Below, in pieces: positions 1 to 9,056 of a DNA stretch of 64,000 bases. The translations under genes and the position numbers were made by a program. Every line of letters begins with the position of its first letter. The stretch's first letter is position 1. Where the stretch lies: positions 24,759 through 88,758 of IMG/VR virus record IMGVR_UViG_2832928787_000001. One strand, 5' to 3'. Under the pieces are notes generated by a model. It was given only the letters and a program-made list of their open reading frames with translations. It was not told the origin of the DNA and ran no database searches. The DNA comes from a virus. Taxonomy: Duplodnaviria; Caudoviricetes.

Positions 1-665
1 TTGATCAGGCTCGCCCCGTCGATGGTTGGCGAGCTGGAGTAGTAGATTTTCCCGTTGTGGCCGAACGTCGTCGCCCGGTTCTCGAACATCTTGATCGGAT
101 CGCCCTCGCCATTGAGGTTGCGTTCCCATCGGTCAATCTCGTCGCCGTACAGATAGCGGGCGGCGATTTCCGCCAGGTTGGCGGCGCTGCCGGCGGTGGT
201 GATGTACAGCGATCCGCCGGCGTATTCCTTGGTGTCAATCGTGTTCTTGCTGTCGCGGCTGCGCGGTGCGGCCACCTTGCCCTGCAGCACCGGCACGGCG
301 TCGATGGTCTTGCTGATGCGGCCGGACAGGCGCTTCGCCAGGTTCAGGCTGGGTTCCAGCGCCAGGATATTGCCCGGCGCCATGTGGATCAGCGCTCCCA
401 TCCAGTTCAGGAACACCTGAGTCTTGAGCATCTGCGATGCGCCCATCACCACCACGCGTCGGCAGGGGTGACTGGGGGACAGGCAGCGCATGACCTCCCG
501 TGCGTAGGGTGTGCGATCGGTCCGGTATTTGCCCGGCTCAGCAGCACCGACATCGGTCGGGATGCGCTGGTATTCGTCAGCCCATTCGTCCACCCACAGG
601 GCCGGGTCCGGGGTCAGGCCCGCAGAGAAGCCGTCCCGGTAGGCGGTAAATCCGCTGGCGTACAT
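1..665 (-). CDS. terL: Terminase large subunit, lambda gpA family (partial, runs off the window)
   Basis: Manual translation: MYASGFTAYRDGF...WVDEWADEYQRIP...AEPGKYRTDRTPYAREVMRCLSP...VVVMGASQMLKT, typical gpA N-terminus; absent from the ORF track because no stop lies in the window. Confidence 0.9.
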   Translation of the reverse strand, partial: MYASGFTAYRDGFSAGLTPDPALWVDEWADEYQRIPTDVGAAEPGKYRTDRTPYAREVMRCLSPSHPCRRVVVMGASQMLKTQVFLNWMGALIHMAPGNILALEPSLNLAKRLSGRISKTIDAVPVLQGKVAAPRSRDSKNTIDTKEYAGGSLYITTAGSAANLAEIAARYLYGDEIDRWERNLNGEGDPIKMFENRATTFGHNGKIYYSSSPTIDGASLI

Positions 666-1230
666 GGTCGGGGGTCACTTTCTTCAGGTCGTCGGCGCCA
701 ATCCGGGCCATGTCATTCAGCGACTGGCGCAGTCTGGCGGTCAGCACCTGTTCGAGTTCCCACGGATCGGTGATCGCCGCCAGGTCGCTGGAGATCTGTC
801 GTGGCAGCCCCAGCAGGGTGTCGCGCAGCAGCCGCGAATAGCGGTAGGCCGCGTCATGGACACCCTGCCGGTCAACCGTCATCGCCTCGGCCTTGTCGGC
901 CTCAATCCTGGCGAGCCGGGCCAGGTGCTTTTCTTTCTCGGCACGGTTGTGGTGGAAGTCGTTTTCGTTCCCGTTCCCGCCACTGCTCGATGTACCGGGG
1001 TTGAGGCTCCCGTAGACATCGCGCTGAATCCGGTGCTGCTCATGGCGCTTCTGCACGCCTGCCTTGGCCGGGTCGGCGGTCTTGCCGATCCGGGACAGCG
1101 TGGCATCCACATCCACCCGCTTGCCGTCCGGCGCCAGCACCAGCCGCCCACTGGTCAGCAGCTTGGTCACATAGCTGGGTGACCAGCCCTGACTGGCGGC
1201 AAAGCCGGATTTGCTGAGGTATTGGGCCAT
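577..1230 (-). CDS. terS: Terminase small subunit (Nu1-like)
   Basis: N-terminal HTH-like segment (SKSGFAASQGWSPSYVTKL), coiled C-terminus, directly upstream of gpA. Confidence 0.8.
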   Translation of the reverse strand: MAQYLSKSGFAASQGWSPSYVTKLLTSGRLVLAPDGKRVDVDATLSRIGKTADPAKAGVQKRHEQHRIQRDVYGSLNPGTSSSGGNGNENDFHHNRAEKEKHLARLARIEADKAEAMTVDRQGVHDAAYRYSRLLRDTLLGLPRQISSDLAAITDPWELEQVLTARLRQSLNDMARIGADDLKKVTPDHVRQRIYRLPGRLLCGPDPGPGPVGGRMG

Positions 1231-1235
1231 GGCTC

Positions 1236-1277
1236 TTTCACCGGATTTGACTGGATTTCACTGGAGTGAAATTTCAC
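1236..1277. repeat. 10-bp-period repeats plus palindrome, candidate terminase-binding (cosB-like) site
   Basis: TTTCACCGGA-TTTGACTGGA-TTTCACTGGA then palindrome GTGAAATTTCAC immediately upstream of terS. Confidence 0.4.
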
Positions 1278-1561
1278 TAACTTCCAGACCCAGCCGCTAG
1301 AAAAAAATCGCGCGTCCCCAGCCGCGTAAGTGGGACAAGGGGGTCAGGGTCCCCGGCCGATCCGGCGAGCCGGGGCAGGCATGGTGCCGTAACCCCCTGC
1401 ATTTGCTGGGGATTCCGTGGCTTCGACCCTACTGGCCCCGCCGTCTGACGTAACGTGCGGCCACGAAAAAGCCCGACCTGCAAGGGTCGGGCTTCGTCTG
1501 GACGCAGCTTCTTTAAGCTAGCGGATTCATGGTACTTCAGCGCAAAGTCAACGTCAACATT

Positions 1562-2026
1562 TCACGCTGCGAATCGTATTTCACCCGCGCCGCGCCGCTT
1601 GGCATACCAGCGGACCCGCAGCACATCGACATTGGCAGGCCCCACATCCAGCGCCGCCTGCAGTGCCATGTGGACCTTGCCGACCCGGTATTCAAACGTG
1701 CGGCGCGAGATACCGAGCGCCCTCGCCTTGTCTTCCGGTCTACCGCCTCGCTCGTAACGCTCGCGCACCACATCGCGCAATTCATCCGGCAGGCAGGACA
1801 CGGCCTGGTCGATGTCGATCATCAGGTCCGACGGGCTGTCGCGCAGCCGGACCGCATGGTCGATTTCGATATGGTCAGTCAGCAGCAGGCTGGACACCCC
1901 ACTACCACCACCATGCCAGCCCTGGGCGGTTGACCAGCGAGCCCACTTTTCCAGCAGCCGGTCGATCCAGGGCACCATCTTGCCGGGGCGAACCCCGACC
2001 ACGTCGATCACTTGCTTCATCATCAA
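1562..2026 (-). CDS. Late antiterminator Q-like protein
   Basis: IDRLLEKWARW N-terminus and C-terminal sigma-4-like HTH (KARALGISRRTFEYRV); lies upstream of packaging genes. Confidence 0.7.
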   Translation of the reverse strand: MMMKQVIDVVGVRPGKMVPWIDRLLEKWARWSTAQGWHGGGSGVSSLLLTDHIEIDHAVRLRDSPSDLMIDIDQAVSCLPDELRDVVRERYERGGRPEDKARALGISRRTFEYRVGKVHMALQAALDVGPANVDVLRVRWYAKRRGAGEIRFAA

Positions 2027-2089
2027 TCCCCTGATGAATCTGCCCCTGTGATCCCCTTCGGCCAGTCAATGCCAGCCGTTTTATTGTCT

Positions 2090-2370
2090 TGTGATGTAAC
2101 TCTTCCAGTTTGTGATGCAAATAACCGGAATGTGATGTTCAGTGTGATGTAGAGAATCTAATAACCATGCGGGTTTGTGATGCATGTGACGCAATTTCCG
2201 GCATTGCTCGCGCATGGGGAAAAAACTGAAGAGGGAGAGGGAGAACCTGTTTCGTTGCGCACACATGCGCGCGGGAGGGCCGAATTTGCATAACATGCAT
2301 CACAAACCCCCGTGGATACTGAATCGCGAGCATCACACGCTGCATCACATTTGCGATGCTGAGCATCACA
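2090..2370. repeat. Convergent TGTGATG/CATCACA iterons, candidate replication origin
   Basis: About 5 TGTGATG copies (2090-2182) facing about 4 CATCACA copies (2298-2370), at the 3' end of the helicase gene. Confidence 0.6.
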
Positions 2371-4081
2371 AACCCTCCTTTTTGGAGACGACACCGGCAT
2401 CCCGATACGTCTCCCAGCCCTCAACATCCCAGCCAGCATTCAGCGCAGCAGCTGAAAACCCCATGATGTGACGGCCAAACCAGTCCTGTTTCGGTTCACC
2501 CGGATCAGGACGCTGCTCGCGAGGGGTATAGATGGCTTCTTGCCCGGAGAGGTTTGCGCAGCGCCAGCGCTCGGTTGCGCTGCGCAAGCGGCCCGACAGC
2601 ATATTCAGAAACTTCCGTTTGGGCAAAATCGTTTTCTCCCGGCCGCGTTGGCACCATTCGCAATACAGCCCATATAGATGCCAACCCCGGCATGGCATGA
2701 ACGGCACGCCGAGCGCACCCCGCTCCCACTCATCAATGAACGCTTCCCAGCCGCTCATACCGAGCCGGATCAGCCGCATGCGTGCCTCGGTGTCCAATGG
2801 CTTGGTATGCGGCGTGAACGGCAGCACGGCGTTTTCTGCCGCGCCAGGCGCGCAATCCGGCAGAGCGAGAGGCAGGGAGAGAAGAAACGCATAGAACGCC
2901 GTCACCCCGCCCGCAGCCAATTCGACCTCGACAGCTTTCTGGTCGGCCTCCGGCAGCTTGCTGTCAGGCCAGATCACCATGAACCGCCGGTCGCTCGATT
3001 CGACGTGCGCCGGCATGTACAGGTTCGACAGCATGACGAAATTCGCGTGGTTGACCTCCTCCCAGGCATCGACGAATTTGCGCTCGACCACCTGCGTTTT
3101 GCCGGTCACCAGGTGCTTGAGCTTGCCGGCCTGCTTATACTTCTCGGTGTTGTTGCTGATTTCCTCGCCGAGCAGGAACAGCTTGCGCGACCGCCAGCCG
3201 GAAAAGCTGCCATCCAGCTGGTCCTGGCCAATCGTGGTCGCATACTCGCCATACAGCGGCTTGATGCATTCCTCGAAAAACAGCGACTTGCCCGAGCCAT
3301 GCACGTCCGAGTGCATCAGCACGCAGGTCGCCATTTTGGCGCCCGGATGCTGAAGCGGGTACGCCAGCCAGCACATCAGCCACATCCAGACCATTGGGTC
3401 GTTGTTGCACAGATGCAGCGACAGCCGGATTATCGCGGCGCAGTCCGGGAACGCGTCGACCAGATCTGTCGCCCACCGGGCATCGGGCGGGAGGGTGTCG
3501 GGGAACACAGCCTGCAGCGGCAGACCCCGGAACTGGTTGATGTGCGTGTCGGGGTCCACCCGCTGTGTCGGGTCAAACACCAGATTACGCTTGGCGATGA
3601 TTTTGCGCTGCGGGCTGTTCACCCACAGCTTGAACAGCTCGCCCATCGCGATCTTGGCTGCCGAGCTGGGGATGACCTCATCCAGCACCGCATCCCACAG
3701 CGTGTCGGAGCCATCGAGATACACATAGCGCTCGACCAGCGTCTGGAACGTCTGGTCATTCTGCACCCGGCGCTGCTCGGCATCGCGGCGGGCCAGTGCA
3801 ATGTCGGCCGGCAGTGCCGTGCGGCGGTCCTTGTGCGACTTCCATTCCTCGGCCAGCGGCTTGCCCACCAGCGCCACAAACGCCGGCCACGACATGTCCT
3901 GTTGCTGCTGGGTATCGAACACCCGCGTCTTGCCGTGGATCTGCACATAGCGACCGACCGCCTGCTTGACGTCGATGGGTTCGCTGGTCAGCAGCCCCAT
4001 GATCTTGCCGTCGCTGGCAATCCCGGTCGCCGCCTCGAATGCGGCCAGTTGCGGGTCCAGGGCGTTTTGCTCACTCATCAT
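2366..4081 (-). CDS. Phage replicative helicase/NTPase (D5/DUF5906-like)
   Basis: Walker A HGSGKS, Walker B LFLLGEE, KLKHLVTG and SN motif of superfamily-3-like phage helicases. Confidence 0.85.
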   Translation of the reverse strand: MMSEQNALDPQLAAFEAATGIASDGKIMGLLTSEPIDVKQAVGRYVQIHGKTRVFDTQQQQDMSWPAFVALVGKPLAEEWKSHKDRRTALPADIALARRDAEQRRVQNDQTFQTLVERYVYLDGSDTLWDAVLDEVIPSSAAKIAMGELFKLWVNSPQRKIIAKRNLVFDPTQRVDPDTHINQFRGLPLQAVFPDTLPPDARWATDLVDAFPDCAAIIRLSLHLCNNDPMVWMWLMCWLAYPLQHPGAKMATCVLMHSDVHGSGKSLFFEECIKPLYGEYATTIGQDQLDGSFSGWRSRKLFLLGEEISNNTEKYKQAGKLKHLVTGKTQVVERKFVDAWEEVNHANFVMLSNLYMPAHVESSDRRFMVIWPDSKLPEADQKAVEVELAAGGVTAFYAFLLSLPLALPDCAPGAAENAVLPFTPHTKPLDTEARMRLIRLGMSGWEAFIDEWERGALGVPFMPCRGWHLYGLYCEWCQRGREKTILPKRKFLNMLSGRLRSATERWRCANLSGQEAIYTPREQRPDPGEPKQDWFGRHIMGFSAAALNAGWDVEGWETYRDAGVVSKKEGL

Positions 4082-4568
4082 TACCCCCTCGCAGTTGCTC
4101 CATCATCGCCGCCAGCTGCGGCGACTCCCTGCCCTGCCAGATGCCCTGGCCGAACAGCGCCATCCGCTCGCGCTGACGCGCCAATGCCGCAGGAAAATCC
4201 CCGACACGAACCGGCGACAGCCCGAGCGGTACCGCCTCGCCGCCCAGCAGGGTCATTTCGTCCACCTGCACCCCGGACAGCCGCCAGACGGTATTGGCCC
4301 GCCCGGCCGTCAGCAGCGCTGCCGAGACAGCAGCGCCCCGGCCCACGAGTTCCGATTCATCGACAACCAGCACATCGAGCCCAGCCACGAAGTCGAGATT
4401 AGTCAGGGTCAGATCAAGATCATCCAGCACCACAATCCGGGCCAGATCCGGCCGGGCGAACAGCCCGTCACCGGCCTTCCAGCGCCCGACACCGACCACC
4501 AGCAACCACAAGACTTCGCGGGCTCGCCGGCGGGCGAATACAGCATTTCCATAGGCGGGACGCTTCAT
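4071..4568 (-). CDS. Hypothetical phage protein
   Basis: ORF translationally coupled to its neighbours; ATG at 4568. Confidence 0.6.
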   Translation of the reverse strand: MKRPAYGNAVFARRRAREVLWLLVVGVGRWKAGDGLFARPDLARIVVLDDLDLTLTNLDFVAGLDVLVVDESELVGRGAAVSAALLTAGRANTVWRLSGVQVDEMTLLGGEAVPLGLSPVRVGDFPAALARQRERMALFGQGIWQGRESPQLAAMMEQLRGGNDE

Positions 4569-4777
4569 GTCCGTTTCCTGTTCATTGCATTCCGCACCAG
4601 AGCCCGAATCCGCAACCGCTTGATCCACAGCAGCGTGTTCGGCATCTTGTCCCGCTCACGCTGCAGCTCCGCTTCGCGGGCCCGCCGGCACAGCACGGCG
4701 GCAGCATGTCGCTGCTGCGCTGCTTCCCGGCATGCGACCCGGTCAAATGTCGGATCTCTGTAGCTTTCATTCATCAC
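4565..4777 (-). CDS. Hypothetical phage protein
   Basis: Coupled ORF in the cro-side operon. Confidence 0.5.
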   Translation of the reverse strand: MMNESYRDPTFDRVACREAAQQRHAAAVLCRRAREAELQRERDKMPNTLLWIKRLRIRALVRNAMNRKRT

Positions 4778-4830
4778 CGTCAGCCCTCAATATTTGCAGC
4801 TCGACCTGCCAGAACCCCGAAGGAGGCCCC

Positions 4831-5346
4831 ATGGACATCGGATCAATCAGTGCAGCCCTTGCTGGCATCAAAGGAACTGTTGAACTCACCTCGGCCGCTA
4901 TCGCGGTACGCGACAATGCGAAGATCGCCGACGCGCTCAAGGGTCTGAATGACCGGATCATCGAGCTCCAGAACGTCTGCATTCAGGCTCAAGAGGAATA
5001 CTCGGCGGCAAAAGAGCAAGTGACTGCGCTCAAAGACGAGCGTCGCGAGCTGCAGGCTAAAATCGCTGAGCTTTCCCAGCAGGCGGATGACCGTGCGCAT
5101 TACCAGATTCATCAGCTTTCCGACGGTGCATTCGTTTATGCATTCCAGCACGCTGCAGATAACGGAACACCCATGCACTACCTTTGCCAGCCCTGCATGG
5201 ACAACAGAGGTCAGAAAGCGATACTCCAGCGCGTGCCAGACGGCACGCACCTGCGTTGCCCGGAATGTCACAATCACTACCTGACCGGCAAACGACTGAC
5301 CCTGACGCGAGCAGTCGCTCGCAGCCCCTATCTGGGCCGACGCTAA
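4831..5346 (+). CDS. Coiled-coil plus zinc-ribbon protein, antisense insertion
   Basis: AGGAGG RBS before ATG 4831; CQPC...CPEC motif. Confidence 0.7.
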   Translation: MDIGSISAALAGIKGTVELTSAAIAVRDNAKIADALKGLNDRIIELQNVCIQAQEEYSAAKEQVTALKDERRELQAKIAELSQQADDRAHYQIHQLSDGAFVYAFQHAADNGTPMHYLCQPCMDNRGQKAILQRVPDGTHLRCPECHNHYLTGKRLTLTRAVARSPYLGRR

Positions 5347-5622
5347 GCCGGCATGAGCTTGCAGAAGGGGCTGCAATACCTGGCGAGAGGCAAACGGCCG
5401 ATCAGCCGTCGTAAACAATCGCCGGGATGCCCAGCGCTGAATGGCATTGAAGAGTTCCATTTCACGTCCCTTTCTGGGGTTTGCTGACTTCTTTCAAAAT
5501 TCGCCGCATCTCGGCCAGGATCGCCCTGCCCTCGCTGCGCTTGTCCGGCGCGATCGGCAAATGCCGGATACGCCACTGCAGCGCTCGCCAGTCGTATCGA
5601 TCGATGACCGGCGGCATGGCCG

Positions 5623-6090
5623 TCAGTCCGGCTCGCGCATCGCATCGACCCGCTGCACCAGCTGATGCAACCGGGTTTCCGCCTGATGGACCACCACACG
5701 GAAATGATCCATTTCCGAACTGGTAATCCGCCCATCGGCCAGCATTTCGTGCAGCGCCTCGCCAACATCGCCCTGCCCCTGCCAGACCAGCGCAACCAGC
5801 TCCAGCACCGCCATGTCCGAGACCTCGACATCACGTTCCAAGCGCACGCAGACGTGCCCCTGACTGCGCGCCAGTGCATGCAGGATGCGCAGGTCTCCGG
5901 TGAACGACATCAGCTTGTCGGCCTCGACCAGCGTCAGGTGGTGGCTGTCTTTTTTCTGGTCGACCTTGCTGCACAGCACAGCCGGCGACATGGACCCGCC
6001 CGCCCGGGTGACGAAGCGCGGCGCCAGCGCATTTGCGCCCCCAGGGTGGTCATGGACGGTGGCATAAGCGGCATCAATTACGCTCATCAC
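5623..6090 (-). CDS. CII-like phage regulatory protein
   Basis: HDHPGGANALA...HHLTLVEA...ADGRITSSE motifs typical of this family. Confidence 0.8.
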   Translation of the reverse strand: MMSVIDAAYATVHDHPGGANALAPRFVTRAGGSMSPAVLCSKVDQKKDSHHLTLVEADKLMSFTGDLRILHALARSQGHVCVRLERDVEVSDMAVLELVALVWQGQGDVGEALHEMLADGRITSSEMDHFRVVVHQAETRLHQLVQRVDAMREPD

Positions 6091-6379
6091 GGCCCCCTGA
6101 AGTCACAGGGTCACCACCGCATTCAGGCGACACCGGTTCAAGCAACGTATCGATTGCCTGAAGGCCGCGGGGTGGTTGATAACCTTGGCTGATCGCCACC
6201 AGTGCCACAGCCGCAACCGAAGAAGGCAGCGGTCGATACACCTCAAGCGGCGGAATAGCCGAGTGCCCTGCTGCCGATGACAACCGCTTGATCCAGACAG
6301 CCCCGTCCTTGAACTCGACCAGCCAGGTCGAGTCCGGGCGGGCACCCTCTTTCGTGTTCCTGCCGATTACGCTCATCAC
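6074..6379 (-). CDS. Hypothetical protein
   Basis: ORF between cro and CII; shares its first codons (MMSVI) with the CII-like gene. Confidence 0.45.
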   Translation of the reverse strand: MMSVIGRNTKEGARPDSTWLVEFKDGAVWIKRLSSAAGHSAIPPLEVYRPLPSSVAAVALVAISQGYQPPRGLQAIDTLLEPVSPECGGDPVTSGGRDERN

Positions 6380-6494
6380 GGGGCCTCATAGACGTGTCAT
6401 CACGCCAGCGGTGATGACATAGTTGTAAAAAGACCGAACGGAACACGTCCGGCAAAAACTCCACGGGGGCAAAACGATCGTGGAGAGGGGGAGG

Positions 6495-6722
6495 TCAGCG
6501 ACCAGCAGGGTTTCCGGGTTGCAACGATGGGTTGCCTTCATCGGCTTGGCACTGAAGACCTACCCATGCGGCCCAAGCATCTGGACGCAAGCGGACAATC
6601 CGCCCGACGGCCGAGTCCGGTATGTCGTCAGGCCATCCGTGAACGCTGGGCGGCTTGATACCAATGGCCCTGGCTGTTCTAGATGGCCCTCCAAAATAAG
6701 AGAGGACAAATTGCTTTTTCAT
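6495..6722 (-). CDS. cro: Cro-like repressor
   Basis: MKKQFVLSYFGGPSRTARAIGIKPPSVHGW HTH, divergent from cI. Confidence 0.85.
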   Translation of the reverse strand: MKKQFVLSYFGGPSRTARAIGIKPPSVHGWPDDIPDSAVGRIVRLRPDAWAAWVGLQCQADEGNPSLQPGNPAGR

Positions 6723-6732
6723 GAGGCAATTA

Positions 6733-6793
6733 TAGGCACACCTACTAGCCACGCACAAGGTATACCTATCGAACAGCCTGTTAGGCTCACCTA
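6733..6793. promoter_or_regulatory. Three operators TAGG-N4-CCTA between cro and cI
   Basis: TAGGCACACCTA at 6733, AAGGTATACCTA at 6757, TAGGCTCACCTA at 6782. Confidence 0.8.
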
Positions 6794-6794
6794 C

Positions 6795-7499
6795 ATGACA
6801 TTGGCTGAACGGGTTACCCTCGCACTGCACGAGGAAGGAAAATCACAGACCGAGTTGGCGAAGGCCATCGGAGTACGGCCGCCATCAGTAAACGACTGGG
6901 TTTCCGGAAAGACCAAGACCATCAAGGGCGAGAATCTGCTGCGTGCCGCCAGCTACCTGCGCGTGCGGCCAGAGTGGTTATCCATGGGCCGGGGGCCAAT
7001 GCGCCAGGAAGACCTGGGCACCCCCATCACAACCCCACTTCGCCCAGTAAAGTTGATCGACTCTGACGACGAACTGGATGACGGTGCATTTGCCGTGCCC
7101 AGGTACACATTGAAGGCCAGCGCAGGAAACGGCGCACCAGTATTGGAAATCGACCAGAAAGGCCAATCCAACTACTGCCGGTACAACTGGGCAAACCGAA
7201 ACGGCTTTCGTAGAGAAGACCTGTTCAGCATCGTCACAATTGGCGACAGCATGGAGCCGACCATCCCAGATGGCGCCAGCCTCATCGTGCATAAGAGTCA
7301 GGACATCGTGAATGGGAAGGTCCACGTCATTTGTCGCGGTGACGAGTGTTTCGTGAAGCGCTTGTTCAAGCAGATGGATGGCTCGGTACTGATCAAGTCT
7401 GACAACCAGGCCAACTACAAAGACTCTGTTGCCAGACCTGACGACGCTGACCCCCTATACGTTGTCGGTCACGTGGTGTCCGTCAGCTTCAACCTGTAG
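6795..7499 (+). CDS. cI: CI repressor (HTH + S24 peptidase)
   Basis: SQTELAKAIGVRPPSVNDW HTH; GDSMEP and VKRL S24 catalytic motifs. Confidence 0.93.
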   Translation: MTLAERVTLALHEEGKSQTELAKAIGVRPPSVNDWVSGKTKTIKGENLLRAASYLRVRPEWLSMGRGPMRQEDLGTPITTPLRPVKLIDSDDELDDGAFAVPRYTLKASAGNGAPVLEIDQKGQSNYCRYNWANRNGFRREDLFSIVTIGDSMEPTIPDGASLIVHKSQDIVNGKVHVICRGDECFVKRLFKQMDGSVLIKSDNQANYKDSVARPDDADPLYVVGHVVSVSFNL

Positions 7500-7516
7500 C
7501 CAACGCCCTCCCCACA

Positions 7517-7543
7517 AGAGCCCTGTTCACACAGGGCTTTTCT
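7517..7543 (+). terminator. Intrinsic terminator after cI
   Basis: AGCCCTGT-TCAC-ACAGGGCT followed by a T run. Confidence 0.75.
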
Positions 7544-7579
7544 CATACCAGATTCCAGCAATTCTCCCCAAAGGCAAAT

Positions 7580-7630
7580 TAGGTTCACCTTCAAGTTTCG
7601 CTTGACCGGAACAGTAGGCGTGCCTATATT
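7580..7630 (+). promoter_or_regulatory. Early (pL-like) promoter with two operators
   Basis: TTGACC(7602)-N17-TATATT(7625); operators TAGGTTCACCTT at 7580 and TAGGCGTGCCTA at 7615. Confidence 0.8.
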
Positions 7631-7776
7631 TCACCTAACGCCACGGCAACACACCGCCGACCGATCTCAGGAGCCCCCACGTGGGACCAGACAATTGAGC
7701 AGGATACGGATCGATAGCAGGCGGAGAGCGCCTGTCGTAGACGGGGTCCCGCCGGCGCCCGAGAAGCCGAGCAAAA

Positions 7777-7944
7777 CCCGCCGAGAGCAACAAGGCGGGC
7801 AGTCGGGGGACGAAGCGCACAGATGGCGCCGAGGACGAGCCCGACAATCGCCGCCCCGTGGCGAGTAACGGGAAAAGGAACGGCCTCGCAAGAGGCCGGT
7901 CACCAAAGCAGGCACACGCTGCATGCCATGCCCGCTTTGGCGAC
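7777..7944 (+). repeat. Multi-hairpin repeat, copy 1 (candidate structured RNA)
   Basis: Near-identical to 8818-8975 and 10049-10186; stems CCCGCC/GGCGGG, GTCGGG/CCCGAC, CCCGT/ACGGG, CGGCCTC-GCAA-GAGGCCG, TCACCAAAGC/GCTTTGG. Confidence 0.9.
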
Positions 7945-7950
7945 ATTTTC

Positions 7951-8742
7951 CTATTTGACTTGCGTCGCCAGTACGGCAACGACTTCTTGAGCTGCGCGCC
8001 TTTGTTCTGTGGTCAGGCGCCCGCAGTACAGATCGACATTGCCCTTGTCGCTGTCGTTCACCTTCGGATTGCCGGAGAACAGAATAAGCGCATACCAAGC
8101 GCAAGCTCTGACAGGGTTGTACGGAGCGCCCTGGGCACCAGTTGCAAGACTGTAAGCCGTATTTCGCTGCGCCTGGTAGTCACCGCCCTTGGCTTTTTTC
8201 TCCAGTGCCGCGAATGCTTCGGCACCATCGGCCAGTCGCTTCTTTTCTGCCTCGTCCGCTTCTTGCTCTGATTCAAGTACGGACATATCCGAAACCGGAA
8301 TGAATTTCTCACCCTCAGGCGAAGAGCACAAAACAGCGCAAGAAGATTTTGATGTATAAATACCGGGCTTGAATCCGCCCCCCATATCAAAAGTGCAGAC
8401 ATGGCCGCTGGCCGTTCTCATGGCGTCGCCGGTTGTCGGGTCTCCTTTGACTTTCAACTCGACAGCGACCCCCTTATTCCAGCCATAGTCCGGCGTTTTT
8501 GGTAAAGCCGGGCCGGATTCAGCTTTGATGTATTCCAGATCATTGGCACCGCTCGCAATATGGCGGCATTCTTTGGCAAATATCTGCAACGCTTTTTCCG
8601 CCGGATCGCCCATGGCAGAAAATGATTCACTTTTTTGATATGGCAAATCGGCGGATTTACTGCATCCAAGTAACGATGCCGCAACAAGAGAAACAGGAAG
8701 CAACCATTGCACACGTGTCTTCAGAGATATTTCTTTAGCCAT
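7951..8742 (-). CDS. Lipoprotein with C-terminal Sel1-like repeat
   Basis: Lipobox LLGC after a hydrophobic leader; GDYQAQRNTAYSL...ACAWY segment. Confidence 0.75.
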   Translation of the reverse strand: MAKEISLKTRVQWLLPVSLVAASLLGCSKSADLPYQKSESFSAMGDPAEKALQIFAKECRHIASGANDLEYIKAESGPALPKTPDYGWNKGVAVELKVKGDPTTGDAMRTASGHVCTFDMGGGFKPGIYTSKSSCAVLCSSPEGEKFIPVSDMSVLESEQEADEAEKKRLADGAEAFAALEKKAKGGDYQAQRNTAYSLATGAQGAPYNPVRACAWYALILFSGNPKVNDSDKGNVDLYCGRLTTEQRRAAQEVVAVLATQVK

Positions 8743-8817
8743 GATTTCCCCAGGATGAGATAGCCTTCAGGCCATCATTTTATCACATCGGCATATCATG
8801 TAAAAACTGAGCGAATT

Positions 8818-8975
8818 CCCGCCGAGAGCAACAAGGCGGGCAGTCGGGGACGAAGCGCACCGAAGGCGCCAAGGACGAGCCCGACAATCGCCGCCCCGTG
8901 GCGAGTAACGGGAAGAGGAACGGCCTCGCAAGAGGCCGGTCACCAAAGCTGAATCAGGTGGCTTTGGTGATACAC
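8818..8975 (+). repeat. Multi-hairpin repeat, copy 2
   Basis: Direct repeat of 7777-7944. Confidence 0.9.
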
Positions 8976-9056
8976 AATGAAACACCTGCCCCTGCCCGGT
9001 TTGGCAGGACAGTCAAATCAGGCCAAAATGCCGTCATCATTCTTAGGAGACGCGGC

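Noticed and set aside
2678-4402. Long antisense ORFs (also 18331-19878, 36564-38405, 49560-51062 and others)
   Set aside because: They are shadows of GC-rich genes on the opposite strand and have no recognisable motifs.
7660-7900. CsrA/RsmA-sponge sRNA based on multiple GGA words
   Set aside because: Few GGA motifs sit clearly in ANGGA hairpin loops, and GGA is frequent in purine-rich GC DNA; the evidence is insufficient.
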